From assembly GCF_024521635.1 (NCBI RefSeq), contig NW_026250417.1:372001-436000 (forward strand): a stretch of 64,000 nt of DNA. The letters run 5' to 3'. Source of the stretch: Tricharina praecox (Eukaryota). The notes below the pieces were generated by a model. The model saw only the letters and a program-made list of their open reading frames with translations, did not search any database and was not told where the DNA came from. Shown in pieces: positions 23,823 to 35,828 of the stretch (positions within the stretch are counted from its first letter, which is position 1; every line of letters starts with the position of its first letter). A program made the translations under genes and the position numbers.

Positions 23823-24840
23823 GGGTGGGACGAGTGAGAGGATGCGTGAATAGCGCCCGGGGAGGGTGGAGGTGGGGCCGGTATGATACATTATGTACTG
23901 GTAGCAAGCTGGCTGGTGTTAATCTCCCAAGACGCTTACGCTCGGTGGGATCTGGATCCGCGAACCGAATGCATTTTATTTCCGTGAGAAGGGAATGGGG
24001 ATGCGAGCGAGAACCGGTGACGATTCGCTTAGTTGGGCAGTAAAAAACCAACGCCATGGTCGTCGAGGAGGATGATCCGCAGTGACTCAATCTCACTCTT
24101 ATAAGATGCACAAGCAGAAACATCGCAGCTCTCACACACCGATCATGTCACTACCCCTCAGCAAGCGACTTGACGTCTGCACCTGTCACCTCCCCGCCAA
24201 GCTGCCAGGCTGCCACAATAACAAAGCCCCACCGGGGCCCACCGTGGCCGTCCATGAACAAAGAAGCTTATGGCCCTCCCTTTAGATAGTTCCACACATG
24301 ACAGGGAGCATTCCCGCCTCGTGTCGAAACGTTTCCCACACAAGCAGCGCCAACAAAGCACCCTCAGGATTTAAGGTACATATCTACGGCATGCGAGCCC
24401 CGGATTCGCATACATACAATATATACATACATACATACGCATACGATACGCACGCACAGGTTGAACGGTTTCCTGCCAGACATCCATTCGTCCATCCATT
24501 CGTCCGTTTCGATTCCCGATCGACCGACTGGACTGGACTGGAAGCAGAGCTTCGACTCGGCCTGGCGCAAAGAAAAAAACAACGGAAGGAGAGAGAGAGG
24601 TCGCTGCGAGAAATAGGTCGCTACAGCGGAAGAGAGGTCCCCAGTGGACAAAGGAATCGACCGGCGACAGCAGCCAGACGAGATTCGAGTTCGCTACTAG
24701 TTACAGCCGTCGAGGAGCCGCGCGTGGGGGTAAACGACGATACATACGGTAACCGGGGAGCCGAAGACTACCATAGTTAACGTTGGACCGGTTGCGGGCT
24801 TTCAAGGTGAGCTTTCCGCATTGGAGCCCGGGGTGGTGAA

Positions 24841-27624
24841 ATGGCTCAGCAGCAGGGTGTGGTAGCGATGACGGATATGACAGAGAAAGAGGAGGAGGTG
24901 ATAAAACTACCCAACCCCGGCTCACCGGGGTACGAAGAGGCACTTCAGAAACTCCAGGAACTCCAGAAACGCCAGCGGCGAGCGTTGGCCGCGGTGCGGA
25001 GGTCATTCGAGGCGAACAAGCATTCACAATGGTTGAATGCCATCACGACCCGAAAAGTGAGCCGCGGTGGCCCGCACCTAAATGAGAAACCGAGTCCGCT
25101 CAATTCGCTGGTCGGACATGCATTGCAGACCAACGTCTTCTACACCATTGGAGACCCGTCGTCCCCGTCGAACCAGCTGGTAGAGACGTTGAACCGCCAC
25201 GGTCACACTAGCCTCGAGGCTTATGAGGAGTACATGCGGCGTATTACAGATGCGAAAATAGCACGCAGAGGACGCCCGCCAGAGAAGGCCTTCCTTACCG
25301 ACAAGATTTTTAAGGTGAAGGCGGATCGGAGACAGCAAAGGGTTGCAAACAGGAAGGAGATGAAGAAGGAGGGGACCTGGACGGACGAACTTGAAGCCGT
25401 GTTTGCAGAAATGGAACGCGACGAAGAGGGAGAAATGAAGGAGCTACGAGAAGAAGAAGCCGATACCCGGGACCAGCCAAATGATGACGATGACGGCGGT
25501 GGCATGGAGGCGTTGCTTGCGGCCGCTATGGGGAGTGAACTAGTGCATCGTTCGCCGCCGACGCCGATAATGGACGCTGAAAGCAGCGACGGCATGGAGG
25601 CGCTGCTTGCGGCCGCTATGGGGAGTGAACTAGTGCATCGTTCGCCGCCGACAATAAACGGCGATCCGCCGCTCTACGTGCCGTTCAATCCAATCGATAT
25701 GAACGAGTATTTCCCCATGACCGGCGACGAATACCGTCCCGGAGAATACCTCGGCCCCAGCACAGACACCGGGAAACCAAGACTGGAATTTATGAAACTC
25801 TATGAATGGAATTCCGAGGTTCAAGATGTCCGCCCGAAGCCGGTAGCGACCCCTCCGGACCTCTACGACGACGTGCCGTTCAATCAACTTGACCATGCAG
25901 GACAAGACAATGAGGCTTTCGAGCATCTATGCGACAGGATTAAAGAGGAGGTGGATGATCTGGATTATATGTTTGATCTCGTCTATCGGATGGCAACGCG
26001 TCGCGATGAATTAGAAATGCTGCATACAAATACATCTGCGGTACCAGCACCTGGAGCACCAACGGAGGTAGAGAAGGAGGAGCAGCAGAAGGTGAATACT
26101 ACTGGCCACGAAGATGGGGTGGGTCCTACCTCACCCGACGACCGTCCATCATTAACATCTTGCCCAAAGCCACAATCACCCACACCACCTACGGAAGAAG
26201 GAGGTAAGCCGGGGAACCTACAACCACCAACTGAACCATCCGGTAATGGGAATGGCGGTCAGAGAGGTTTGTTTTCGGGTGTGGCACATTTGTTCCAAGG
26301 GTTGAGCCCATGGTCAGAGACTGAAGATCAAAAGAAGGAGAGACTTCGGCAGGAAGCAGAGAAAGAGAAGGAGAGACTTCGGCAGGAAGCAGAACAAGAG
26401 AAACAGAGGATAATACGGGAAAAAGAGGAACAGGAGCGTAAACAAATGCTCGAACGCCAAGAAAATGCAAGGAAGCGGCAGGAGGAAATGGAGAAGCAAC
26501 GGCGAGCAGAGTTCAGAAACTGGATGGTGGACGATTTCATCGTGATCGAGGACTGCACCGGAAAGAAACGATGGGTTGTGGCGGACTCAAATGTCCAGGT
26601 ACCAAAGGACGTGCGGTACCTAGATGACAGCGAATACCGATTTACGCCCGATATCGATTCAAAGCCACTGGATGAGTACCGAGATCCCCGCGAACTGTAC
26701 GTAACCGATGACCGTCCCGCTGGCGGGTTTCTATGCGAGCACTTTTCGGAATGCAACTGCTTCCGCAAACCTCCGGCGCAGTTACCCAAGACTGTGCTGT
26801 TCACCACCGCCGATGGCAGAGGGATTGGCCTACGAGCCTTACGCAGTATCAAGAAGGGGGAGTACATTGGCGAGTACAGAGGTGTCATCGAAGTGTACGA
26901 CAACAACGAGAAAAGGCCTGATGTCGTCCAAGCCATGAAGAACCGGGATATGCGATACGCCATCGGCGGGCATTGGGACGCAGATACCGAATTCGGGGTT
27001 GACGAGGCCGGTCGTACGAAGTCTTTCAGCTATTACATCGACGCCTTGAAGTCGGGGACGGAAACACGGTTCATCAACCACCACTGCGATCCAAAAGTTG
27101 TCAATGTCGAATATGTCGACGAGAACCACAAAGGCCGAATGGTGCAGGCGATCCGCACGACGAAGCTCATCCCCAAGGGCTGGGAGATTTTGATTGACTA
27201 TGGCACATTCGACGACTGGCACAGCTATGGCGGGCACTGTCTCTGCCGCAGCAACGTGTGCCGGTACCTAATCAACGCGGGTGCACGGAGCCCATACGTA
27301 GTCGCCATCCAGATGCCGTCCGACGAATGGTCCATGGTCCAGCTCGTGCCCGATCCTGAGATCAAACCGTTCAAAGCAGGTGCGCGGTTGAGGGTTGCCA
27401 AACAGAAGTGTTCCTACCACCTCCGATACGAGAGGTTCAAGCGCCGCCAAAAGCCCGTCGAGCACAAAAAGCCGCGACATGAGCTTTCCGTCTGGCCCAA
27501 TGTCAGAATCAAGGTCTTGTACCAGCAACATCTGCGGGCCGGTGTGAAAGAGAGAGACTCGCGGTATGTGTGGAAGCAGGTGCGTGCGAGTGTCAAAGAA
27601 GCAGATGATGGGGATGGGGAGTAG
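24841..27624 (+). CDS. SET-domain lysine methyltransferase-like protein, 927 aa, intronless
   Basis: C-terminal SET: GRGIGLRALRSIKKGEYIGEYRGVI...YYIDALKSGTETRFINHHCDP...IPKGWEILIDYG, then post-SET CLCRSNVC. The long N-terminus is acidic and coiled-coil-like with internal repeats. Confidence 0.9.
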   Translation: MAQQQGVVAMTDMTEKEEEVIKLPNPGSPGYEEALQKLQELQKRQRRALAAVRRSFEANKHSQWLNAITTRKVSRGGPHLNEKPSPLNSLVGHALQTNVFYTIGDPSSPSNQLVETLNRHGHTSLEAYEEYMRRITDAKIARRGRPPEKAFLTDKIFKVKADRRQQRVANRKEMKKEGTWTDELEAVFAEMERDEEGEMKELREEEADTRDQPNDDDDGGGMEALLAAAMGSELVHRSPPTPIMDAESSDGMEALLAAAMGSELVHRSPPTINGDPPLYVPFNPIDMNEYFPMTGDEYRPGEYLGPSTDTGKPRLEFMKLYEWNSEVQDVRPKPVATPPDLYDDVPFNQLDHAGQDNEAFEHLCDRIKEEVDDLDYMFDLVYRMATRRDELEMLHTNTSAVPAPGAPTEVEKEEQQKVNTTGHEDGVGPTSPDDRPSLTSCPKPQSPTPPTEEGGKPGNLQPPTEPSGNGNGGQRGLFSGVAHLFQGLSPWSETEDQKKERLRQEAEKEKERLRQEAEQEKQRIIREKEEQERKQMLERQENARKRQEEMEKQRRAEFRNWMVDDFIVIEDCTGKKRWVVADSNVQVPKDVRYLDDSEYRFTPDIDSKPLDEYRDPRELYVTDDRPAGGFLCEHFSECNCFRKPPAQLPKTVLFTTADGRGIGLRALRSIKKGEYIGEYRGVIEVYDNNEKRPDVVQAMKNRDMRYAIGGHWDADTEFGVDEAGRTKSFSYYIDALKSGTETRFINHHCDPKVVNVEYVDENHKGRMVQAIRTTKLIPKGWEILIDYGTFDDWHSYGGHCLCRSNVCRYLINAGARSPYVVAIQMPSDEWSMVQLVPDPEIKPFKAGARLRVAKQKCSYHLRYERFKRRQKPVEHKKPRHELSVWPNVRIKVLYQQHLRAGVKERDSRYVWKQVRASVKEADDGDGE

Positions 27625-28946
27625 CGATGGGAGTATCGGTGAGATGTATTGAAGCTGGAGCATAACGATCCTCTGTCGGAGAGTTGTCTGTTTCTTTTCT
27701 TCTTTTTCTTCTTTTCTTTTTTCGTGGGATGTTTTGCGACAGTCCATACGGCACGGTATCTATTGCACATGTTTATTAGTCAGCTGCGGTAATTCATAGG
27801 ACGGAGTTGGAGTGAGGTGTTTCCCGGAAGTACTGTGCGTATGTAATCTATGGTTCATGTAATCTACAGGTGCTCTATCTCGAAGCGATGCGCATCGAGA
27901 TATCCTCAGTGCGAGCGATGATACCGATCGAGTGCATTTCTGTGAGACTACGATTCACGAAGATGCACCCCTGCGGTACGGGCAGACGGCTCATGCGAAC
28001 ACAATGAAATGGAAGGAAACCAGGGAGCCGGAGAGGTGGCGAAGGATTGAAACGTGCTTTAACTCTTTCGCTATTACCTAGCACTGCTGCCCAAACCGGA
28101 ATACAGACTTCTCTCACCACTATCGAGTCCCCAGCTAGAATACTCGTAGGTTTTCTGGTTGGTTGCCGAGGGGACAAACGGAACATTCCTCGAGGGCAAC
28201 CCCGAACGAGCGAGCGAGAGCAGGCATCTATAGTACCTACGTCGCCTTGAGTAGAACGGACATCCATCCATCGGCAAGATCTGATTATGTACTTTGCACT
28301 CTCGCATTATGGCACATCCGAAATAAGGCACCTCTGTACTTGTACATACCAGTATGTACCTCTGGCGGGGGATCCGATTCATATCACTCGCACCCGCTCC
28401 GAGCACCTACTGCTGCTGGGCACCGTATGTACCTAACCCGCCATCCACAGCCCTCTCTTCTCGCGTACAACCCAACATCGCATCTCGCATGAATCGCAGT
28501 TGAACACGCAGATGCCTGATGCTCTGCTGTTGTGTTGTTGTGGAGTGAATGTCTCAAAGGGTCGAAGCAATTCCAATCGAATTTGTGTTTCACAGATTAG
28601 GTAGTCGAAAAACCCTCTCCAAAAACAATCGTCATCGTCGTGACGAGAACCCACCCCTCTCACACGAGCCATTCAACCTCACCACCACCACGTCCTAACC
28701 CAAACACTTCTTCTGGCTCATACCTTAATTCTATCCCAACTTCATTCTCACAATCCTCTCTCCTCTTCTCACAATCCTCTCTCCTCTTCTCCATCCTCCT
28801 CCATCCCTCGCTCTTCCATCCTCCTTACACTCCACCATCTCGACCGTTCCCTCTCAAGAAACTATCCTTCACCACCATACCTATTCCCTCTCTTATTCAT
28901 TCATCCAATCACTCGCAAATTAACCCCCCCCCCTCCACCAAGAATA

Positions 28947-30780
28947 ATGATGGACCAATACTTCGCTAAGCTACATGAGACCATGTCCCCCCATGTCTCG
29001 TACTATTTGGCGCCCGTCGCGGTCCGCATTTCCAGCGCGCCAGGCAGTCTCATGAACGCTTACGAGATTATCGCTGGTGAGTTTCACGCTTCTCTTCCTT
29101 CCTTTCTTTTTTCGCACAGGTCGCACCCGTGCCCGGTTCCCATGTGTCGCGGCCGCTGTACACTGAGCGCTGTGCACTGTACACAACGACTTTGTATAGC
29201 ACTCTACTGAACAAGGCATGCTGACGTTTCGATTCGCAGCAACCCTCCACGTCGCGCTCTGCTACCTTGCTGGGATCTCGATCAACCTCGCAGCAGCCGC
29301 CTTTCTGCTTGAGGAGTATACCCTCACCCACGTACCGGTCTGGGTGTCGTGTGTGCTGGAGAATGTGAATCAAGTGGCGCAGACAGCTGGGGTACTCGTA
29401 AAGGTACCTGCATGCAAGTTCCTCTCGTTGCATTGGCTGGTATGGACAACCTCCCCTCTCTGCCTAGCTATGTACCCCCAGCTGCCAGACCCAACGGGCC
29501 GCCATGCTGCGCTGGACGAATCGGTGCTCGAGAATCTCTACGGATAGCAGGCTAACACGTCGCCTGCGGCACCACAGCTGCACTATCGTTCGACACTACG
29601 GCCATTGGCAGGTTGGGTTTCATGTGCGATTGCGACGATTTTGAATTCAGCCGTACCCTACGACGTGCGGTACAAAAATATCGCGGCGGCTTACCCCAGC
29701 CTGGAACAACTGTCACTCGCCGATCTGTGGGCCTGCGCCGCAAATATCTCGCTGATATTTATCCTCTTTCGTTTCCTCTCCACCGCTGCTACTTCGACAT
29801 TCGTTCGCAACCATCTTGATCACTTGCGCCAACTGTCTCCCCGCATCGTCCTCTTCCCCCCCTCGCACCCCAAGCTCCGCGATATCATCCACCACTTGCC
29901 TGCCCTCTCAACCATCCCCTACCTGATACTCGAAATCCTGGCACTCCCGGTCTTCATCGTCCACCAGCTCGGCTACACCAACTTGCCTCCGCGCAAGGAC
30001 GGCGAAAGCATCTACTTCCGCTACACCGCGATCGCAGCACTAACGCCCCTGTGGATCCTGGCCTTCGCCGCAACCATGGTACTGTTCGTCTTCGGCAGCG
30101 TGCTCGACTTCGTCAGCCGCAACGTCAAGAAGATGTTTGGGCAGAAGACCACCACCGACTGGCAGCAGATCGACGTCGAGCGCGGCACGCCGGGCGTCGA
30201 GCACGCCGTGTGGAAGCCCGAGACGGCCGCGTGGAAGCCCGACACCACCACCATTGCCGTGTCCCCCACCGGCTCCACCGACACCGACACCGACGACCAG
30301 CTGTCGCCGCTCCCCGGCGCGTGGAGCAGCGCAAAGGTCTGGGAGGACATCAAGCGCGACAAGGGAGCGCTGCTCCGCGAGAAGGACAGCCTCGACGCCG
30401 AGAAGGCGGCATGGCGCCTCGAGGTCGCCCGGCAGAAGGAGGAGAAGCACGCCTTCGACCTGGAGCGCCAGCGGCTGCGCGAGGAGCGCCTCGAGTTCCA
30501 GAAGCAGCAGCTGAAGCTGAAAGCCGACATCAAGGCCAGCGCCGACGCCCGCAACGAGGTCGAGGCCATCCTCAGGTCGTTCATCGACAAGTCGCAGCGG
30601 AGCAGCCAGGTCATCGGCTCCCTCAAGACGAGAGTCGAGATGTTGCCGGTTTCCAACGGCATCATGCTCGGAAACCCCACGCCGCCGGCGTCCCCCAAGA
30701 CCTCGAGGCCAGAGTATGCCGACTACTCGCCGAACCCCAACAAGAGGAAGGCCCGCGCCCGGGCGGCGATTCCTGCTTAA
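28947..30780 (+). CDS. Hypothetical multi-pass membrane protein with a C-terminal coiled coil (3 exons: 28947-29076, 29240-29403, 29578-30780)
   Basis: Phase-consistent GT-AG introns with branch points (GCTGAC at about 29220, GCTAAC at 29551). Several hydrophobic segments, then an E/K/R/L heptad region, with strong GC3 bias in the 3' half. Confidence 0.75.
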
Positions 30781-32825
30781 ATTGTAGGAACAATGATAAG
30801 GGAAACGGTTGACTTCTCGTTCTGGCAACGAGCAACCAAGTACCTACCGATGTGAGGGGAGGATGGCTGGCAATAGGTCTGTACAACAAGCTGGGGATTT
30901 CCTTCTGTTGTTTTTTTCGTTTTTCTTTATTGTACTATAGTTTCACTTTTTTCTTTCTCCTCTTTTTCCTCTTTTTCCTTTGGCATCTTTTTTCTTTGGG
31001 GGTGGGGGGGGTGAGGGGCATTGCTTGCGCGGGGTCTTTATTTTGGAGCATTTTTCGACTTTTGGGGGCGTTTCGATTTTTTTCTTCCTCTTTTTGGATC
31101 CGGTTTTTTTTTTCCGGGGCGGCGGCGGGGAGGGGCGGGGGGTGGGCAAATTCAATGGCGAGAGGGTTGTTTGATGGATGGATGGATGGATGGCGTTTGA
31201 TCTTTGATCTTCTCTGCGGACGGGACTGGGACGGGACTACTGGGCAGGTATGGGACTGGTGGATTGGTGGATTGGCGATTGGATTGGCGATTGGATTGGC
31301 AGAGTACATATCGTCATGGTGGATACATAGAGCACCTAGAGTACGATACATACCGTGCCGACATAGAGAGCACTGGCTGGCTGGATTTAATTGGTAATCA
31401 GCAAGGATTGCATTCTCACTCTCTTCTCACTCTCTTCTCCCTTTCTCCTCTGGTCCGAAGTTGCATAGGCGGGATGATGAGTTCATCCAACCATCCAACG
31501 ATGGTGATGGAGTACGCGCTGCGGGGGCCGCAGGCCGCAGGCTGCAGTGTTTAGTTACTAGTAGTGGGCTGGTGGGCTGGAGCTGGAGCTGTCACTGCGG
31601 CCATGCGGTTGGTCAGCGGTACGTACTCGGTAGCTGCATACGTCGGCGTTGATCCCCCCCCACTCCACCCCCACAGGGCCACAGACTGGGCGGCGAGCGA
31701 GCGATCGGGATCGGGTCGGGGTATGTCGGGGTTGGAACTGGGAATGGATGCGGAGGGGTGGATGCGGAGGGGTGGATGGCGGAGGCCGTGCGCCGCGCGA
31801 CAGATGCACGAGTATGCATGTATGTCTGTATGTATGATGTAGGGGTGGCGGTTGGAAGAACGCAGGCGGGGCCAAACCAGTGGGAGCTCGAGGCCGGCGA
31901 GAATTGGTGGGCGCTTTCATGGGGGCGGCGGTGGAGGGGAATCCAGCACTAACGTTGATGTTGCTGTGGGTATGTGAGTACTCTATGAAACCGCCGTCGC
32001 CGCACTTGCCGCCCGTCTGCCCGCCCGCGGACCGCCTAGTTGCTGTGTAGAGTGGAGCAGGTGACAAGGAGATGCCCGCTTCTAGCACGGGCTATGCTAG
32101 GTATGGAGAACCTCGCCGCCCCCCGCCCCGCCCTGGAACCGCTGTGCATCGGCGTCGGCGGCCGCATCGGCGCTTGTTGCAGGAGGTGGCTCGGCTCCGC
32201 TCCTGCCCCCCCGTCTCCTGCGTCGGAGCAAGCCTGCGTCAAAGCAAATGCGTCCCCACACCCCCATCCCACATCGGTGCCGGCGCCGGCATTGCATGTC
32301 TCGGTGCTGCTGCTGCTGCTGCTGCTGCTGCATCGGACGGGGCTCGCTTCCCCTTCCGCCCTCCTCCCCGCCATCAGCTCTGCAGGCATCGCATGAGTAG
32401 GCACAGATGGCAGACATGAGACGGCGGCGGCGGTGGCGGCGAGCATCCTATGGTTCGACATTAGCGAGATGTCGGACACGGTTCATCACTCCATCACACG
32501 AGCAGTACCCGGTTTTTGGGGGGATAAGGGGGGGGCGTATTTGTGCAGTAGCGATACACACCGAGAATACCGAGAATACCCAGGTACCTAATGTCATAGG
32601 TCCTAGACAGTAACATGTAGATGCGGATGCGGATATTGAGCGTGCGGATACCGGTATGTACGGGGAGAGGTAGTGGGAGGGGATCGAATGACAGTGCTGT
32701 GATTACCGTAGTACCGTAGTACCGCAGAGCGCGCACTTGGGACTTGAATCTTGGGTACCGACGTACCGTACTGGGGCCCACGGATGGGTTGGGGGGGGGG
32801 GGGGGGGGGGGGGGTGGGGAGGGGA

Positions 32826-33212
32826 GATTGATCGATTCAGGAGAGAGCAGCAGCAGCAGCAGAACTAGAAACTTCGGACAAAACGTTACGTAGCGGTCCT
32901 GATACAAGGTGATGAACTGATGAACTGATGAACTGATGAACTGATGAATTGATGAATTGATGAGGACTGATGAAGAGACTGATGAAGAGGGTGATGAAGA
33001 CTAATGATGAGACTGATGACCTGATGACAATCAGAGAACAACGACAAGAACAACAACAGGAAGACAGAAGTAGTGACAACAGAGACAGGTAAACGTTTGG
33101 ATGACCGCATCGGATCTGGACTCGGGATCAGGTACCACCAGGTCTCAACAAGCCTCTCTCCGCCGTTCGCAGATGGCCCCAAGCCGCCTCTGCCTCTGCG
33201 CTCCCTCAGTAC
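32826..33212 (+). repeat. Dispersed repeat copy 1 (possible LTR or TE relic) with an internal (GATGAACT)n array
   Basis: Shares CAGCAGCAGC..AACTAGAAA..ACGTAGCGGT.CTGATACAAGGTGATGAACTGA...GGAAGACAGAAGTAGTGACAACAGAG...CCCAAGCCGCCTCTGCCTC.GCGCTCCCTCAGTAC with 55497-55747. Confidence 0.85.
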
Positions 33213-34601
33213 TGGGGGACCTGAAGGGCCGAGCCGGACTTAGTGCGGCGGAGGGCTGTGTCCAGCCTGTAGCAACCAGTTGTCTTTTGAAGTGATTGTT
33301 TCTGTTCGTTGCCATCATCATCAAGCCGACCGGATACGGTGGGCCAAACGTGTTTTTTCCGGCCCCTCTTTAAAGAGGGGGTGCCGTCCTGCCTCTCTTT
33401 CTTTTCTTTCCTTGTCATTCTCTGAGTTAATCTGATCATTTGTTGTTTCTGTGTCGCTACATTTTCTGTGTCGCGATCTCTGCATTTCTCGGGCTTCCTG
33501 CTGATAGGGCCCCTTCTTACAATTGACTCCTTTTCTCTTTCTCAACCACCCCCCTGTTTCGCGGCTTCTCAGTACCTACCATAATCCGGCGGGAATCTTC
33601 GAATCCGGCGGTCGGCGCGGCGGCGGCGTGCGGCGTGCTGCGGTGTGGCTCCCTCCCTCCCTCCCTCGCTCCTCAGCCGGCCGCGGACCCGCAGGCGATC
33701 GAGAGTGGAGGGCAGAGAGTGGAGTACTCGTCTATCTTGAGTACAGGCCTGCGCCGCTATGTACGGCTGGATTGGACTGGACTGGACTCAGTGGGCTGAT
33801 GAGGCTCTCGAACAGCACTGCCACCTTCAGCTCCCGCTCAGGAGTCGGGACTACTGCTCGTCCCGTCCTGTGATCGCCAGTTTCATCGGCGCGGGCTGCC
33901 TGCCACCTGGCTGCCTGGGGGTGTTGATACTGGAAACTGGATACTACGCATTGGCCACTGAACCGAGTGATCCCTCAGTGTCCGCAGTCACCCCTTATCA
34001 CCCACCCTCCCTCCCCTGTCACGGTGTCACCTCGCCGAACAATCCCGAAAATAAACACCCAACCGGCACTCCCCGTTCCCCCTTCTCCATTCTTGGCTGG
34101 CATATTCCGATACTGGTACACTGGTTAACCGTTTAACCCGTCTTCCCAGGATGATATATCCATGGGACGCGATTCATGGGACGGGACGGGAAGATCCTCT
34201 CGAGCTCGATTCCCAGGGTGGGTGGCTGAGCATTGTGAGTTTTTTCGCGAGATTGTTGAGTTGTGGGGGCGACAGAGTGTGCGCACGGATTGTGCGCGCA
34301 ACAGCCATGACTCAGTTCTCAGTGGTGGGCCTGGGGGATCTCGGGTTCAGTCAACGCGACGGGACTCAAGGCCAGACACATATAACTACTATCAATCACC
34401 GCGACGGGACTCGATTCGAGTGAACACAGCTTAAATTTTTGTTTCATCGACAGTTGCTTTCCGATACAAGTATGATACACACCCCCCCACCCCCAACCCC
34501 CAGCGACGACAAGACTCCATACACCTAACTAAAAAAACAAACTTCAAAGGCGAAGGTGAAAAAGAAGAAGAAGCAGAAGAAGAAATACAAAAAAGTACAG
34601 C

Positions 34602-35828
34602 CTATTTCGCCGCCGAATACAAAACATCAAACTTGATACCCTCACTCGCGATGATATCCTGGGCATAGGGATCGTCCATGATATTGCTCAGCCTGGTGGT
34701 GAGCGCATCGATCTGCGCCTGAAGCTCCGCCGACCTCTTCTTCTCCTCCTCGCCGGGACCGCGCGATCTATGTCTATGGTGTCTCGACCTCGACCGATGT
34801 CTGTGCCTGTGCCGTCGCTCGTACTCGATAATCTCGATCTGAGAGCCCGCGACGCTGCCGCCCCCCCGCGACGATGGCGCGCCTCTCGACCTTGCCCGCG
34901 ACCGGCTGCGCGGTCGTGACTCGACGGGGATGTGTCGGACCTGGTTACGCGGCCGCCGGTAGATCGGCTCGTAGTCCTCCTGGTCGTCTTCGTCTTCGAA
35001 CCATTGCGCCTCTGGTGCTTCGACGCCGGGATGGTGTGGGTGTCGGTGCATCATCTGCTGTGGTGGGGGTTGTTGGGGGTAGTAGGATTGGTACACCATA
35101 GACGAGCGCGCGTGTGCGTCGGCCTGGGTTGGCCCTGTGGGGGAAAGCGGCGGCTGGGAGTGCACTTCGACCACTTCCACCTGGGGTGCGTCCGCGTCAA
35201 GATAGCTGCGTGCCTTGGGTCCGCCACGCCGCGAAGTTGTTGGGCTGTCGGGTTCAGCGATTATGCAGTTTGGCTCGTGAGAGATGTTGGCCATTGGCGG
35301 TGGGGGAGGGACGTTGACGGTCATGGGTGCGGGCTTGCGCTTCATGGCGGAGGCGGGGCGGGGTGGTGGTGCGAAGCGGTCCTGGTGGGCGCCATAGCCA
35401 TAGGCGCCGGTGTAGGAATGGGGATCAAAGATCTCGGGCTCGGCGAGCTGCGGAGAAATGGTGGTGTAGTCGCGGTACATGCCCGAGCTGGTCATGCTCG
35501 AGGGACTGTCGAGTGATGAGTCGAGCGACGGGGGGCCGCTGGGGGAGCCCGGGGCGGCAGGGGCGCGAGGGAGTCGCATGCGGCCGCCGCGGTTGGCGGG
35601 GACATGGATGCTGTGGGGGTTTCTGAAGTCATCGGACGACGAGTAGTCGGACGAGGATTCGGCGGATGGGGCGTAGTTGGAGCTCTGTTGACAATGCACG
35701 TTAGCTTCCTATTCTCCACGATGTGCAGAACACTGTGTTCGAACCCGGGCCCATTCCGAACGAAACGATTCATATCGAGGGGCCGGCGGAGGCGGGGGAG
35801 CTGGGGCATATGCTGCGTTGCGATACAT
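34602..35828 (-). CDS. Hypothetical Pro/Ser/Arg-rich disordered protein (2 exons: 35828-35745, 35684-34602)
   Basis: MYRNAAYAPAPPPPPAPRYESFRSEWAR, then a phase-0 intron (GTTCGA...GCTAAC...CAG), then SSNYAPSAESS...RHRHRHRSRSRHHRHRSR...AELQAQIDALTTRLSNIMDDPY. The long ORF has coding-like GC3. Confidence 0.8.

Noticed and set aside
17233..30780. C2H2 factor + GH131 + SET + membrane protein as a functional cluster or Starship cargo
   Set aside because: There is no tyrosine-recombinase captain, element boundary or biosynthetic core enzyme. Shared orientation alone is not evidence of a system.
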